Of a stretch of 64,000 nt of DNA, positions 13,959 to 32,998 are shown piece by piece. The stretch lies in the NCBI GenBank assembly GCA_964016885.1, contig OZ024740.1, positions 382,106,001 through 382,170,000 of the forward strand, written 5' to 3'. Both the position numbers and the translations under genes were made by a program. Source of the DNA: Eledone cirrhosa (lineage: Eukaryota). Within the stretch, counting starts at the first letter, position 1. Every line of letters starts with the position of its first letter. The notes beneath the pieces were generated by a model. That model did no database searches. It worked only from the letters and a program-made list of their open reading frames with translations, and was not told the origin of the DNA.

Positions 13959-14040
13959 GGAACGATCGACTTTCGTCAAATCGGACCGAGGGAACAATGT
14001 TTCCGTTGGTCTTTCCAATTGCTAATACTATCTATCGGTC
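13959..14040 (+). repeat. ~80-bp interspersed repeat in TA (second copy at 58085-58166)
   Basis: gatcgactttcgtcaaatcggacc...tactatc.atcggt is shared by both sites. Confidence 0.75.
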
Positions 14041-14056
14041 GCAACTCCAGGTAGAA

Positions 14057-15333
<1,277 letters not shown>

Positions 15334-15439
15334 ATATATGCAAAATACATTGCAAAAATTAACAGGGTTTCGAGGTTAATAGTAAAATATATTCAGTTCT
15401 TCTTCATTACAACATATGATGCAAAACACTTAAATCATC

Positions 15440-15547
15440 TTGGGTTGGCGTCCTGTCCACCGGGGAGTCTAGTACGCTAGGTCGCTTCATGCCATGAAAC
15501 CCGGATAAGCACCGGCTCGATAAGCCTCCTGGCTTGCAACAGACATT
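15440..15547 (+). mobile_element. SINE fragment resembling the Nin domain
   Basis: gtcctgtccaccggggagt...gtcgcttcatgccatgaaacccggataagcaccggc matches my recollection of the Nin domain consensus. Confidence 0.6.
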
Positions 15548-15564
15548 TATATATATTTATATCA

Positions 15565-16444
15565 ATATGCTCGATGAAAGTTTTATAATAATGTTTTTTC
15601 CACTTTGCACACACATAAAGAAACCCTCTCGTACCCATATATGAGCATTAGGTTAATTTTGTAAACAAATTTTTGACGTAATGTTTATTTCTTCCTCGTA
15701 TTTTTTCGTTTTTCTCTCTTTCCATGCTTGTATAAACTTAAATAATTACTTTTTATATTACAATCTATTGAAACAAACTAGGACCCTATATCGTCTTCTA
15801 AATCATCTAACTTTATTTTCATTCACCCTAACTTATTTCACTTTATTTTATCTTAATAATACTTTTTTAATAAATGTTTGCACTTCTTAATAAATCTTTC
15901 ACTATTTAAACCCTAAATAAATAGTATACTTAATTTCTATATCTGCAATCATAAGCATCATCATCCATAAACCTCATTAACTTTTAAATTTAAAATCTTA
16001 TTAATTTATTTAATTTATTTAATTTATTTAATTTATTTAATTTATTTAATTTATTTATAAATTTTACAACCGTTTTTTTCTAGTCATCTCTCTGTGTGAG
16101 ACAGCGTTTCTTAGTTTAAATGTTTATATCGCTCTCTTTTCTCTCTCCTTCCTCCTTCTTATAATCTTCCTCCGTTATCCTTTCCTTCATTTTTCTTTTT
16201 CCTTTCTTCATTTTCCTTACCCTTCTCCCCTTCCTTTCTTTTTTCCAATATCCTACATCATTTTAAATTTATTTATCATATTGTTGTTTAGACACTACCT
16301 TGCCCACAAGTGTCTTTTTTACACTTCATATTATGTCTCCCTATTTTATCTGATGAGAACGCAAATATCGCCCTGGATGATATTTGTTTTTCAAATGCGC
16401 ATAATAAAATACATGGAACTTTTCTAACCATCTTTTAATTTCTT

Positions 16445-16448
<4 letters not shown>
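15565..16448 (+). mobile_element. Old, diverged 3' end of the PLE family found at 38-43 kb
   Basis: Ends ...taaccatctttt..tctt like 43021-43050 and carries a homologous HHR at 16343-16410 (GAAA mutated to CAAA). Confidence 0.7.
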
Positions 16449-16505
<57 letters not shown>

Positions 16506-16704
16506 TTCGTTTCTGAATTTGATTAGCAAGATTCTTTATCTGAAAACGTGTGTGGAAACCGATATTGTTATACTTTGGTAGGGTCATGTTGCCAATAAGA
16601 AACACACGCACCAGTTGCTTTCAATTCGATTTATTATAAATTTATGAATTTATAAATTTCCGGTTGATTGGTTGGTTCCACAACAAGATGATTGTTCATA
16701 TATT

Positions 16705-16747
16705 GTCAAAGTTCTTTCGTCACACATTCTGTCACCTCATCAGTGAC
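16705..16747 (-). ncRNA. Type I hammerhead ribozyme (F2, PLE-A 3' region)
   Basis: GTCA-CTGATGA-G GTGAC..GTGAC-GAAA-GAAC-TT-TGAC, with one mismatch in stem II. Confidence 0.75.
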
Positions 16748-16946
16748 TAGGGATTATTTTCTTTGTTTTTGTACCTCTCCTTTGATCTGCCCTACACCAT
16801 CTTGTTTTTGTGTGTGTTGTGTGCTTAGTTTGCGCATGTGTTACATCCGGGTGTCTGTGTGTGTTTATATTTGTTTATTTATTTGTTTATTTACATGTTA
16901 CTGGTTGGTTGTTTGTTCTATGTGTGTGTGTATTTTCATTTTGTCC

Positions 16947-17837
16947 TTAATTGTAAGTTGGGATGTTGCTGTTCCATTCATGTTTTCTATTTAATTTTGG
17001 TTGGAGTTCATTTATGTTTATTGCCTCTGTGATTTGTCTAAACATTGCGTCTTTTCTGTGTGTAGATTCTATTTTTATTTTTATGTTCTCTAATTTACCC
17101 TTATGTTCTATTTTAGCGTGTTGGTGGAGTATAGATGATTCTTTACTATCTTGAAGCTCTCGCCAGTGTTCATTTATCCGTTCCCCTATACTACGAGCTG
17201 TCTCACCTATGTACACTATATTCTTATCTCTACATTGTCCTTCAGTACATCTTATGCTATATACTACATTTCTAATTTTACAGTTAATACAGGGGCTTAA
17301 TTTACAGATTATACATTTCTTATCTATACAGGGAGGTCTTTGAAAAGGGTATGTATTGCTAATAAGTGTTTTTATGGAGGTACCTGGTCTTTCTACTATC
17401 TTAATATTGAGTTTATGTTTATCTAGGTCCCTTCTAAATTTGTAAGCTAATTCACCTCTAGGGGTTGTATCGATGAACATTACACTCTGGTTTTTATTGC
17501 TATCATACCATGAGTTTATTCTATTAACCTTATTCCTAGTTCTTTCTATTCTATTCCAAAATGTGCTCCTATACAAGGGGCAGGTCCCATTTGTATCATT
17601 ATTTCCCATGTTTTCCCATTTGGTTCTGGCTCCTCTATATACTCTGATTTTATCTCTCTGATTGTAACAAGAGAACTGCATACGGTGGATGAAGTGTTGT
17701 ATGTGTCTCTCTAGTTCTTCGGGGTTGCACATGCGGGACACGTTTCTCATCACCCGTACCAAATCCGCAATCAGTATGTTGATTTTGGTATGGTCCGAAA
17801 CAGCTGAGTTTCGGTAGATCAGATGTTTGGAAGTCAT
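16947..17837 (-). pseudogene. PLE RT thumb, Cys linker and GIY-YIG endonuclease
   Basis: CIDKKCIICK linker; NVVYSIRC...YIGETARS..ERINEH...LHQH. Confidence 0.88.
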
Positions 17838-20173
17838 GGGTTTGGCATAATGGGAATGGAGGATTTAATTTTTGTTATTAATCTTATCTAACCAGAGCTC
17901 TGTGTCTAGTACAGGTAAATGATGGTTGGGATGTTTGCTTGGGTAGTCTATAGTAATTCTAATATTCTGGTGAATGGAGTTAGCCATTTGCTGGATGTTT
18001 TCCATGGTGTTTTTCTCTAATTCCTGACTGTTCTCTAGTCGGGTTGTTTTACTACGATGTTTATATCATCAACGTAACGGGAGTATATTATCAGGGTTAA
18101 GGAGTTGCTGTCTTCTAATTGTTCTTTAAGTTTAAGTCAATTGTCCCACCATACCATGAATAGGTTAGCTGTGTCACCTGCAATGCTAACACCAATGGCT
18201 GCTCCCTCCTCTTGGGCATATGATTTTCCATTAAATTTGAACATATGTTCCTTAAGGGTTAATTTTATTCTGGCCCCCACCGCATGTGCAATCATTTTCT
18301 TTGGTTTATCGTGGTTTTCGGGGGTCCGTATGGCTCTGGTCCACCCGTTCCATCTATCTATGTGGGTTTTCTTGGCCATTGAGGTAATGGTAAGTGGTCT
18401 GCCTCTTGCTGGTCTTGTAGGGCACAGGTTGCTAAGACCATATGTATCTAGATAATCATTACTATAGGTAAGTTTAAGTAGGAGTCCCAGCTCACTGGTA
18501 TCAATCCCATGGAATTTAACCTTGCTCTCACTGATCATTTCTACGCATTTCTCCACAGCAAAATCCACGTCAATAGATGGATACAGGTACACAACATCCA
18601 TACTACCTATTATGCAGTTTGTTAGGTCCCTAGATCGGTTACTCTTGACGATTCTGCTGAGGAGGTCCTCCGTGCTGTCACATATATCTGGGGACATTTC
18701 AATGATGGAGCGTATGACCAGGGAGAGGAAGTAGGAAAGTCTGTAGTTACTAGCAATTTTAGCTCCACAGACTGGCCGTGTTGGTGGTCCCGTGACAGGG
18801 TCACTGCCCATTTTATGGTCTTTTCGAAGCCCATACAACGCTGTCACGTCTTTGTTCTAGGCCTGGAAGTTGTTGGCAGTCCTTTTGTTGGGCTGCATTA
18901 TATTTGTCCACATCACCATAGGGTATTGAGGGTTGTTTCCCTATCCTCATGCTCTTGTGGTGTTACTTCTCTTGTGTTAGTGATGTGGTGTTGCATTGCC
19001 TGGATGTAGTTTGACAGACTGTCAACCGACATTCTGCCAGACTTGTCTGTTGGAAAGCATGCTATCTCTCCATTACCAGAGCGCTGCATGAGTTTACGCA
19101 AGTCATTTTCAGATTTTTCTCCCAGTTGCTGGGCCTCCATCTAATTTTGCTTCTTGCTATACTGTTATATAATATTTCTAAATTTAGATCTAGTTATACT
19201 AAATTGTGCTTCCGTTTGTTCATCGACCTGAGACGGCAATTGCGTGCGTTTGTTAAAAGTCGTGGCGTGGACTCGTCGCAGGTCTAATGGCATATCGGAA
19301 GGATTATGAAAAGTAGAGTTCCAGGCTGTTGCTTTATGTGTACTAATGCTATTGTTATTGTTAGTTGTGTTGTTATTATTAGTTGTGTTGATCCACCGAA
19401 ACTCAGCTGTTTCGGACCATACCAAAATCAGCATACTAATTGCGGATTTAGTACCGGTGATGAGAAACGTGTCCCGCATGTGCAACCCCAAAGAACTAGA
19501 GAGACCCATACAACACTTTATCCACCGTATGCAGTTCTCTGGTTACAATCAGAGAGATAAAATCAGAGTGTATAGAGGAGCCAGAAACAAATGGGAAAAA
19601 ATGGGAAATAATGATACAAATGGGACCTGCCCCTTGTATAGGAGCACATTTTGGAATAGAAAGAACTAGGAATAAGGTTAATAGAATAAACTCATGGTAT
19701 GATAGCAATAAATACCAGAGTGTAATGTTCATCGATACAACCCCTAGAGGTGAATTAGCTTACAAATTTAGAAGGGCCCTAGAAGACCTCCCTGTATAGA
19801 TAAGAAATGTATAATCTGTAAATTAAGCCCCCATAATAACTGTAAAACTAGAAAGGTATTATATAGCATAAGATGTACTGAAGGACAATGTAGGGATAAG
19901 AATATAGTGTACATAGGTGAGACAGCTCGTAGTATAGGGGAACGGATAAATGAACACTGGCGAGAGCTTCAAGATAATAAAGAATCATCTGTACTCCACC
20001 AACATGCTAAAATAGAACATAAGGGTAAATTATAGAACCTAGAAATAAAAATAGAATCTACACACAGACACCCGGATCTAACACATGCGCAAACTAAGCA
20101 CACAACACACACAAGAACAAGATGGCGTAGGGCAAAACAAAGGAGAGGCACAAAAACAAAGAAAAGAATCCCA

Positions 20174-20216
20174 GTCACTTAAGAGATCACAGAATGTGTG
20201 ACGAAAGAACTTTGAC
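20174..20216 (+). ncRNA. Hammerhead F2 copy with core mutation (CTTAAGA), likely inactive
   Basis: G5 replaced by T. Confidence 0.6.
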
Positions 20217-20367
20217 AATATATGAACAATCATCTGGTTGTGGAACCAACCAACCAACCGGAAATTTATAAATTCATAAATTTATAAATTTAATTTATAA
20301 TAAATTGAAGTGAAAGCATCTGGTGCGTGTGTTTCTTATTGGCAACATGACCCTCCCAAATATAACA

Positions 20368-20400
<33 letters not shown>

Positions 20401-20410
20401 TGCACGCGCG

Positions 20411-20551
<141 letters not shown>

Positions 20552-21082
20552 GTGAGAGAGATTCTGTGTATGTGTGCGTATGTGTGCCTAACGTGGAAAA
20601 TCATTATTATATATATATATATATATACCAGGTTAAACATTTGATTAAAAGTATTGATTTTTGGTATACATTTTTGGTATATTCATAATTAATTTACTAG
20701 ACAGTGAAGATTTCTTAACGTTTCCTTATCCTGCAACCACTAGTCTTTTACCAATTAAACATAAATATCTTTTATTTTCGAATAGAAAAGATAGATAATA
20801 ATGTATTCCTTTGTCCCGAGATAATTTTGCTGGTGTTATAGTCTTCAGTAATGTCACGCTTAATGTACATATTTCTGCCTGTGTAGATACAGTATTTCAC
20901 ATCATCTGCTGTGTAAGATACGTAATTGTTTAAGACTAAACCGTAAACTGTAAATTTGAATCATACATTCTACGTTGAAGATAACATACTCCTGTCAAGT
21001 TTCCGTAGTTTAAAGAAAACGAAAGACAAATGACCACATTAGAATTACCGACGACAAACTGTTCTCTTTTCCTTCTGAACAG

Positions 21083-21129
21083 GTCAGCCTCTGCTGTCTA
21101 TCAAGGTGAACTTACTCAATCTACAGTGA
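21083..21129 (+). other. Speculative terminal coding exon
   Basis: Strong acceptor ttctcttttccttctgaacag|. The phase-1 frame reads (S)QPLLSIKVNLLNLQ*. Confidence 0.25.
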
Positions 21130-22068
21130 ATCGACCTCCCAAGATACGTAACGAAATTGCCACGGAGAATGTAAACTAGGTTCTTTATATCATATGTTTA
21201 ATATAAATTAATTATTTCTTTATTTTAAGTAGACCCAAAGCACAGTTGAAAGCGATTTATATATTTGGCGTAAACCTTGACAATTAATTTCTTGGTTAGA
21301 GGAAAAGTAAAGGTATTTCCAACCCCAATGGTATTGCATTATTGAAGGATGTTAATTGAGTAAAAAAATGCATATTCATGGCAACCCAAGAAAATAAAGG
21401 AGGTATATGAACTACAATGGCTTCAACTATAAAGCAAATCAGGGTTTGCACTGCAAACTCAGCACTATACAATTCACAGCACAATTTATTTTCAACGTTT
21501 TAATAATTGTTTCTACATTTCACACAAGGCCAGCGATTTGAAGGGAAGCGGAAAGTCGATTAAATCGACCTTTTAGTACTTTATTTCATCGAGTTCATAA
21601 TGATGAAATGCAAAGATAACCTCGGTGGAATTGGAACTTAGAACGTAAAGAGTAATAACTATATGCCACAAAGCTTGTTGACTCAGGCTCTATTGATACT
21701 ACCAATATACCGCCATTTCAATGCTTTTATAATGATGGCGGGGTTTCCTCCCTGCGTCTCGGCGATGTGTATTCAGTTGTTCAACTAAACACCTATTCCT
21801 GAGATTAATATGTAAGTGACTAAATCCTGTACACTTAACGAATCTGTCAGGCCAAATCAACACGGGGCACATTACAAGACTAGACCAATACTGTTCCTAT
21901 TCGGAGGGAAAAAGAGAAAAAAAGTTGACACAATTTGAGGACTTATACATTGTTAAATTCGAAACGATGAAAGCGATATTTAATTGACCTAGCTGGTATT
22001 TAAAGTGAACGGGTTAATATACATTTAACAGAAATGGACATTATTTATTACATCACTCGGTGATTACA

Positions 22069-22260
22069 GGGCGGTGGATTGGCAGTATCGGTAGAGGGTC
22101 GGACGCCATGCTTTGCAGCAAATAGTTACGGCCCTTTATGGTCTGAGTTCAAATCCCGCCGAGGTTAACTTTGCCTTTCATCCTTACGGGGGTCGATAAA
22201 ATAAAGTACCAGTAATGTACTGGTATAATTGCTGGCCTTGTGCCAAAAGTAGAAATAATT
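22069..22260 (+). mobile_element. tRNA-derived SINE (Meta-domain-like body)
   Basis: A-box TGGCAGTATCGG, B-box GAGTTCAAATCCC, gcctttcatcctt..ggtcgataaaataaagtaccag. Many copies in this window. Confidence 0.88.
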
Positions 22261-23452
22261 ATTTATTACATCGCTCAGGACGGTGCATTGGCACTATTGA
22301 TAGAGTGTTTGACAAATGCTTCGCCGTTTTCTCCGATTTTGTTCGTTCCGCTTTCAAATCATACTGAGGTCAATTTGCCTTTATTTCTTTTGAAGATTAA
22401 GTACTGTGTTCGATATAATCCATTTCCCGCTACATTCAAATAGCTAGTTTTGTGCCAATGTTCGAAATAATTTATTTCAACACTCTGAAGATACTCTTTT
22501 ACTAATGTTGGCAGTATTTGAACTTAGAATCATCAGTTTCAAACCACAATGGACGGGAACAAATACTGCATAGTATTATATTCAATGCTCCAACGATTCT
22601 CACGTTTCAACTCATTATATATCGATGGTTTTTAATATAGGCTCAATAATATAAATTTTGTGGGAGGGAAAATCGATTAAACTGAACCCATCATTCCGAC
22701 CTGAGAGGATGAAAGGCAACTCTTACAACGACAACATTTCAACAAAGATTACATTTTGATCGAGTCTCTAACGATTCTCCCCATACACCGTTTTGTACAA
22801 TAATGAATATTTACATCGGCATACGCGCACAAAGAAAAATATAAGGGAAGAGTAGCCCTGGATTAACCATTCAACTAAATAAACACGTGCTTAGGGTTTC
22901 TATTAAAAAAGGGCCCCATAGAGTTGTTTTTCCAATATAGTATATGGGAGATTTTCTTTTTCTTTTGTAAATGGGGGTATCATAATCTGTTCAGTGTTAA
23001 GGGCATCTACAGATCTTAATCCAACCCAGACGGAGAGTATAGATAATTAATTTAACAGACATCACAAATAACACAATAAAGTTATTATGCAGACATTACC
23101 AACATCCCCAAACTCAACATACGCGTTCATCAAATTAAACGCATACACACGCTCACATTTATTGTACTATAAAATTGTCGTTACACGTGCACTTAGATAT
23201 ATTCATCACACAAGAACATACAAAAAGATATGTTCACATAGCCTCACACAAGCATGTAACAAACATGTCAATACATACATTCAGAAGTAAATCATATGCA
23301 AATTATGCGCCAACTCTTTACGCCAATAGCACCACATTTGTGTTACGCGCTAATACTTTCAAATATAAACATACGCATTGCGTGTACAAAACAAATATCT
23401 TCATATAATCATTCAAACGCATATACAGAACATACACGTGTATATGTACTAA

Positions 23453-27566
<4,114 letters not shown>

Positions 27567-30500
27567 AACTTTGAATAACTTTGAAATGTTTTGGCCAGTA
27601 TTGGCCCAGGCCATGTCTAACTTAATAGCACCACCTGGCGAAGTCTTTCAATTCAGGATTTGGGCACCATGGCCCATTCGAGAAGAGAATTACTGTTTGC
27701 GGAGACATATCCGGGTGTGGGTGGTTTGTCCGGGATTACTTGGAGGAATTTGTCCAAAGACTTCTTGAATTTTGTGTGGTCAGTTTCTGTTTTGACGTGT
27801 CCTGGTGTGATGTTGAAGAGAGCAGGGCCGATTGAGGTGAAATAATTGTGCCGTATTGTTGTTATGAGATGCGATTTAGATTTTTGAATGGGACGGATAG
27901 CACGGGGCCCAAGCCTTGGGTGTATCTTGAAGGCGATGCCAACATCATTTGGGCAGTGATGATGGAACATTTTCCACATCATGCAGATAATATAACGCTC
28001 ACGGCGACGTTGGAGTGAGTAAAGTTTCAGGTTTTCTAATCGACCCCAGTAGTCAAGGTCGGACATGCCATCTATCTTTTTCGTGATTGCCCTTTGAGGA
28101 GCTTCAAGTTTCATGATACTTTGTTTCGTGTGGTGAGACCACAGTGGACAACAGTATTCAAGGTGTGGTCGGGCAAAAGTAGAGAAGAGAAGGATAATGG
28201 TGCGGGAATCTCTCGACTGGAAGGTTCTGAGGATCCAGGAACACATTCTGCGGGCCATGTCAACTTTGCTGCTTATATGCGTGGTCCAGCTTATGTTGCT
28301 GTCCACGGTTACTCCCAAGTCTCTGATGTTGTTAGATGCCACGAGAGTTTCCCCGGAGGGAAGGGAGTACGGGAGTTTCAGAGCATCCTCTTTTCCAAAG
28401 TGGATCAGTTCGAATTTGTCTTCGTTCAGTAACATGTTGTTCTGTTCTGCCCATTGGGTAACAGCCAGTAGCTCTGACTGAAGGCTTATCCGGTCATCCA
28501 CGCCATTGATTACCTTTTTGAGCTTGGAATCATCAGCGAAAATTTTAATGTTGCTGTGTTTGATGATTTCAGTGATGTCATTAATAAAGATGATGAAGAG
28601 AAGTGGGCCCAACACAGTGCCTTGTGGGACCCCACTACTGACTTTGGCTGGGCTTGATTTGACTCCCTCAACTACAACATGTTGGGTTCTGTTTGACAGG
28701 AAGCTCTTGATCCACTGCAGCAGCTTTCCAGTGACACCAATATTGGACAGCTTTCTCAGTAGAATGTTATGATCAACCCTGTCAAAGGCCTTGCTGAAAT
28801 CAAGGTAGATAACATCAGTGTTGGAACCCTCTCCCAAGGCTCTCAAAATGTCATCAAAGTGATGCAGTAGCTGCGTCAGGCAATCCCTTCCATTACGGAA
28901 TCCATGCTGGTTGGAGTTCAGCATATTGTTACTCTCAAGGTAGTGGGTCATTCGCGATCTCACCACTCTCGCAAATACCTTAATGATATGAGAGGTGAGT
29001 GAGATTGGACGGTAATTCACGGCAAGGGATTTGTTTCCCTTTTTGAAAACTGGGACAACAGACTGGGATAGAAGGTTTTCTGGCACATATCCAGCATCCA
29101 GTGAGTTCCGCCACAGATTGGCAAGAGGAGATGCAAGTTGGTGTTGACACGCCTTCAAGACACAAGCAGGGAACCTATCGGGACCTACTGCTGAATTATG
29201 CTTGATTTCCTTTATTGCCACCAAGACATCAGGGGCGCCAAACGTTATGTCCGATAAGGTGTAATGGGGAGTAACATCGCCGATACAGCCCAGATCGGCC
29301 ATATCAGGGTTGCTGAAAACAGAGCAGTATTGTTTCTGCAGTATCTCACCCATGGTTTTAGCATTGTCTTGAAGAGTGCCATTTTCATCAATTAGAGGGC
29401 CAACAGTAGAGCCAGTGATTTTGTGTTTTTTTGCAAATGAAAAGAACACTTTGGGATTGAGTTTGATCTTCTCAATGGCCCAGGCCTCTTCAGCTCTTCT
29501 CTGATTGTTGATGAGGGACATTATGTTGTTTTGTAGGTTATGTTTTTTAATCTCTAGTGATGAAATGGCAGTCAAGTTGATGTGTTGCTGCTGACGGTAT
29601 TTCAGCTTGTTGATTTTTTTGTTCGTTCTCTTAATTTGTCTGATGAGCGTTTTTCTATTTCTAGGGATTCTGCTCTTAGATTTGTTTATAGTTCTTAATG
29701 GGGTGTGTTTAGCACATATGTTTGTAACAGTGTCCACAAATGTCTGCCAGGACTTTTTGATGTTAGTGGGTGTATGAGTGTGCGTGAAGGACCAGTCGAC
29801 ATGTGCAAGATCATGACTGATCGCTTCCCAGTTTGCATTGTGGAAATCCATAGCGTCAAACGGATGGACAGGAGAGATGACATTGGGTTTGTATATTGGA
29901 CGGTGGAATCTCAGATCACAGAGAACCATGTCATGATCAGAGAGTAGAGTTTTCTCCACTGCAATATTGTGGATATTGTCAGTGTGATTGCTGAAAATTA
30001 AGTCTAGGACGTTTTTGTGGCACCTCGTTGGTTCGAGCACCAGTTGGGATAGGAAGAAATCATCCATGAAGTCAAGAAGCGATTCCACAGCTTCCCTGTC
30101 AGAGGTTGAGGCAGAAGAACCTGGTGGCAGGCTGTTTGTGGACCAGTCAACTCCGGGGAGGTTGAAGTCCCCCATCATTAAGATGTTGTCAGGGTGACAC
30201 TCTTGGATGAAACACTTTATGCTGTTGAGGCATTCCTTGAAGCATGGTACAGGCGTTTGGGGTGGCCTATAGAGCCCAACTACTAATAGGTTGTTGGTTT
30301 GACTGAATACAGTGACTGCTTCACAGTATCCATTAGTGAATATGTTCATAGCCTCTGTTGAGAAAGAATTATGGACATAAATGGCAGTTCCGCCCTTTCT
30401 TCTGCCAGCGCGATCAGCACGGATGGCTTTGAACTTTTTCACTTTCACCCCGGCTTCCAAGTGGAGGTTACTGAGATGGGTTTCAGTGAGGACGAAGAAA

Positions 30501-30866
30501 GGGATGTGGTTTGGATGGACATCAATCCAGTCCTCCAGGAATTTGATCTTCCATTTTTGAGTATTGGTGGAAGGGCTGATGCCTTGGGCGTTAAGCAAAA
30601 ATGTAGAGGCGAGAGTGGATGGTTTTAATTGTTTTGGTGTGTTGTTAATTTGTTTGTTTGTTAATGGCAGCAATGGGAGTTTGTGCAGTGGGGTGATAGT
30701 GGAGGGTGGTGCTGGGTGATAGCTCGAATGTTTTTTTCCAGTTCTTTTGCCAGATTCATTATGGCTAAAAAAGAGGAAGAAGTTTCCTGTTTAGAAGACT
30801 GTTGGTGACTGTGGTAGTGGTTATTTTTATGTAGGTTATGGTTTTTGTTTTTGCTTTTATTTTTAG
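27567..30866 (-). mobile_element. CR1-group LINE (CR1/L2/Crack/Daphne-like), 5'-truncated within ORF1
   Basis: Intact ORF2, a short 3' UTR ending in (TTCAAAGTTA)2, and TA-rich flanks. Confidence 0.9.
27653..30673 (-). CDS. LINE ORF2: AP endonuclease plus reverse transcriptase, 1006 aa, uninterrupted
   Basis: LTETHL, YRPP, GDFN, SDH; [37 protein letters not shown]; SLQRRRERY. Confidence 0.95.
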   Translation of the reverse strand: MLPLTNKQINNTPKQLKPSTLASTFLLNAQGISPSTNTQKWKIKFLEDWIDVHPNHIPFFVLTETHLSNLHLEAGVKVKKFKAIRADRAGRRKGGTAIYVHNSFSTEAMNIFTNGYCEAVTVFSQTNNLLVVGLYRPPQTPVPCFKECLNSIKCFIQECHPDNILMMGDFNLPGVDWSTNSLPPGSSASTSDREAVESLLDFMDDFFLSQLVLEPTRCHKNVLDLIFSNHTDNIHNIAVEKTLLSDHDMVLCDLRFHRPIYKPNVISPVHPFDAMDFHNANWEAISHDLAHVDWSFTHTHTPTNIKKSWQTFVDTVTNICAKHTPLRTINKSKSRIPRNRKTLIRQIKRTNKKINKLKYRQQQHINLTAISSLEIKKHNLQNNIMSLINNQRRAEEAWAIEKIKLNPKVFFSFAKKHKITGSTVGPLIDENGTLQDNAKTMGEILQKQYCSVFSNPDMADLGCIGDVTPHYTLSDITFGAPDVLVAIKEIKHNSAVGPDRFPACVLKACQHQLASPLANLWRNSLDAGYVPENLLSQSVVPVFKKGNKSLAVNYRPISLTSHIIKVFARVVRSRMTHYLESNNMLNSNQHGFRNGRDCLTQLLHHFDDILRALGEGSNTDVIYLDFSKAFDRVDHNILLRKLSNIGVTGKLLQWIKSFLSNRTQHVVVEGVKSSPAKVSSGVPQGTVLGPLLFIIFINDITEIIKHSNIKIFADDSKLKKVINGVDDRISLQSELLAVTQWAEQNNMLLNEDKFELIHFGKEDALKLPYSLPSGETLVASNNIRDLGVTVDSNISWTTHISSKVDMARRMCSWILRTFQSRDSRTIILLFSTFARPHLEYCCPLWSHHTKQSIMKLEAPQRAITKKIDGMSDLDYWGRLENLKLYSLQRRRERYIICMMWKMFHHHCPNDVGIAFKIHPRLGPRAIRPIQKSKSHLITTIRHNYFTSIGPALFNITPGHVKTETDHTKFKKSLDKFLQVIPDKPPTPGYVSANSNSLLEWAMVPKS

Positions 30867-30875
30867 ATATATACA

Positions 30876-30909
<34 letters not shown>

Positions 30910-31032
30910 CATATATATACATATATATATTTATATATACATATATACGAAATCCCACAATGAATTTTATACTTGAATTTTCAAATCTCAAGTTTTAACT
31001 CTTCGTATTATTAATTTTTCTTAATATTAATC

Positions 31033-31080
31033 AACATTTGAAAAGATGGCTTTTGCAGACCCATCGAAACCGGTCATTTT
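31033..31080 (+). ncRNA. Hammerhead ribozyme with U3-A8 variant core (F5), 5' pLTR
   Basis: AACAT-TTGAAAA-GATGG...CCATC-GAAA-CCGG-TC-ATTTT. Confidence 0.7.
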
Positions 31081-32998
31081 TTATACCCTTTATTATTTCC
31101 TTACCTTATAAAATTATGTTTTTTCACAAAAAAAGTATTCTGTCTCTTATATATTCCATGTGCCATTACCAACCACAATTTTCTCTATAACCTTCGTTTT
31201 GCGTAGAAAATTACACTTTTCATATATACTAACCTACGCAAATCCGGAAAATGGCACTGGAACAAGACAACACAACTTCAAACTCCAATATAAATGAGGA
31301 AATCCTGAAAATCCTAAAAGAGATAAATGGAAAACTCACCATTCTGACAAAAAAACAGGATATACCCCAAACCACCACACCGACTGACAACCAAATTTAT
31401 TTAAACGTTCAAAACGTATGCAACTCCATCGAAAAACTTATGAATACCAACACAGAACAAACGACATTGCTCCATATCAAAAACCAAATGGGACACCTCT
31501 GGAAAAAACATCTAAAAACCAGAAAATTCACTTTCTGGAATATGATAAAAAACCTCAACAAAGCTGGAATTTACCAAAAATGGATTAACTCAACACCGAT
31601 AGTTTTACCACGTAAATTCCAAATAAAGCATATTACAAACGAACCTGAACCAGAAAGAAAACTCCGCGAACAAATGTCACTCAACAGGATAAACATGGAA
31701 ATAGAACTCCTAAAATTAAGGGCCACCTCAAACGAGCAAGAGTATAAGGATACTGATAAAAAATATGGAGGAAGAATGCACTAAAAAGGCCGAGGGAACA
31801 ACCCTACAAAATTTAATCAAATCGTGGAAACAGGACTGCGAGAATGCAGAAACTATTTCCCTTAAACGGTGGGAAAAATCCGAAAACTGGTTCCTCAAAT
31901 ATGAAGAAGACTTTAAAAGGACGCACCAAACAGGTAACCCCTTTATAAAGCATTTGAACATAACAAGAACTACAACAGACACATTTACACCACCAAACCC
32001 AACACACACTAACCACAGGCACATCCCCCACCAACACAAACCAAATACGGCCAACTACACCAAAAGAAACACACCCAACCACCACAACACAGGTTTCCGT
32101 AGAAATGCCTCCTACATAAACCAACGACGAAATAACATAGATCCAACTCACAACACACACACCACATTCCTTAGAAGAAATCCACCCAGACCACTTGAAA
32201 TCACAACAGAACTTACCCACAACCACACCAGACATCACCCTCAATCCAACAAAAGACAACCCCCCAACCTCAACACTCTGTACCACAGAAATAACGCACC
32301 CAGACCACATGAACCAACAACAGAACCCTTGCTCATCAACAACCACAACACATACCACCCCCACCATCACATTCACCCTCATGAAACAACAAGCTAAAGA
32401 CCCACACGCAACAGACCAACAAAATATAATCACACACAAAACTACATTCCTTTTTTAGGGAAAAGCCTGAAATACCAGGATACTCGATGGCCCCCCCTCA
32501 GGAGAAACCAAAAATAATCAACCTCTCAAAGACACCTCTAACCAACACACAAATCAACATTTTAAGTAAGGGCCTGAAATTTACACCTACACCACGTAAA
32601 CCAAACTTCCCCGAAATGAAGGATGACATCATGGAATACTGCCGAAAGCTGCGACTAACGGAATTCTTCCACAACGACACCAACACTGAAGACGAATCAC
32701 TGGTTAGAAATAAAAGCAATTTCTGCCCACAAAAGGGAAGAAATAAAGCACTGGACACGTACTGCGAACACATCACCAACTTTCCCTATGAAAAAATTAC
32801 AAATAAACACACGAAATCAAACCTATCTACACACGAATGGGAAGAATTATTCACACTTAGAAACAACACTGAGATAACTATCAAAGAAGCCGATAAAGGC
32901 AGTACTGTTGTCATTATGAATACGGACTACTCGCACTTAACATTTTAGAAAACAACACATACTATGAAAAAACAGAAAACTACAAACACACCAAAACA

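Larger units (their letters stand above)
16504..20369. mobile_element. Penelope-like element family A, inverted arrangement (minus copy 16504-19388, plus 3' copy 19389-20369)
   Basis: RT pieces (PTDKSGR, GSMDVVYLYPSID, GAAIG, YSRYVDD) and GIY-YIG (VVYSIRC..YIGETAR..ER..EH). 3' ends face outward into (TA)n. Confidence 0.92.

Noticed and set aside
22069-22160. tRNA gene
   Set aside because: The A/B boxes belong to a SINE head; there is no full cloverleaf and it continues into the SINE body.
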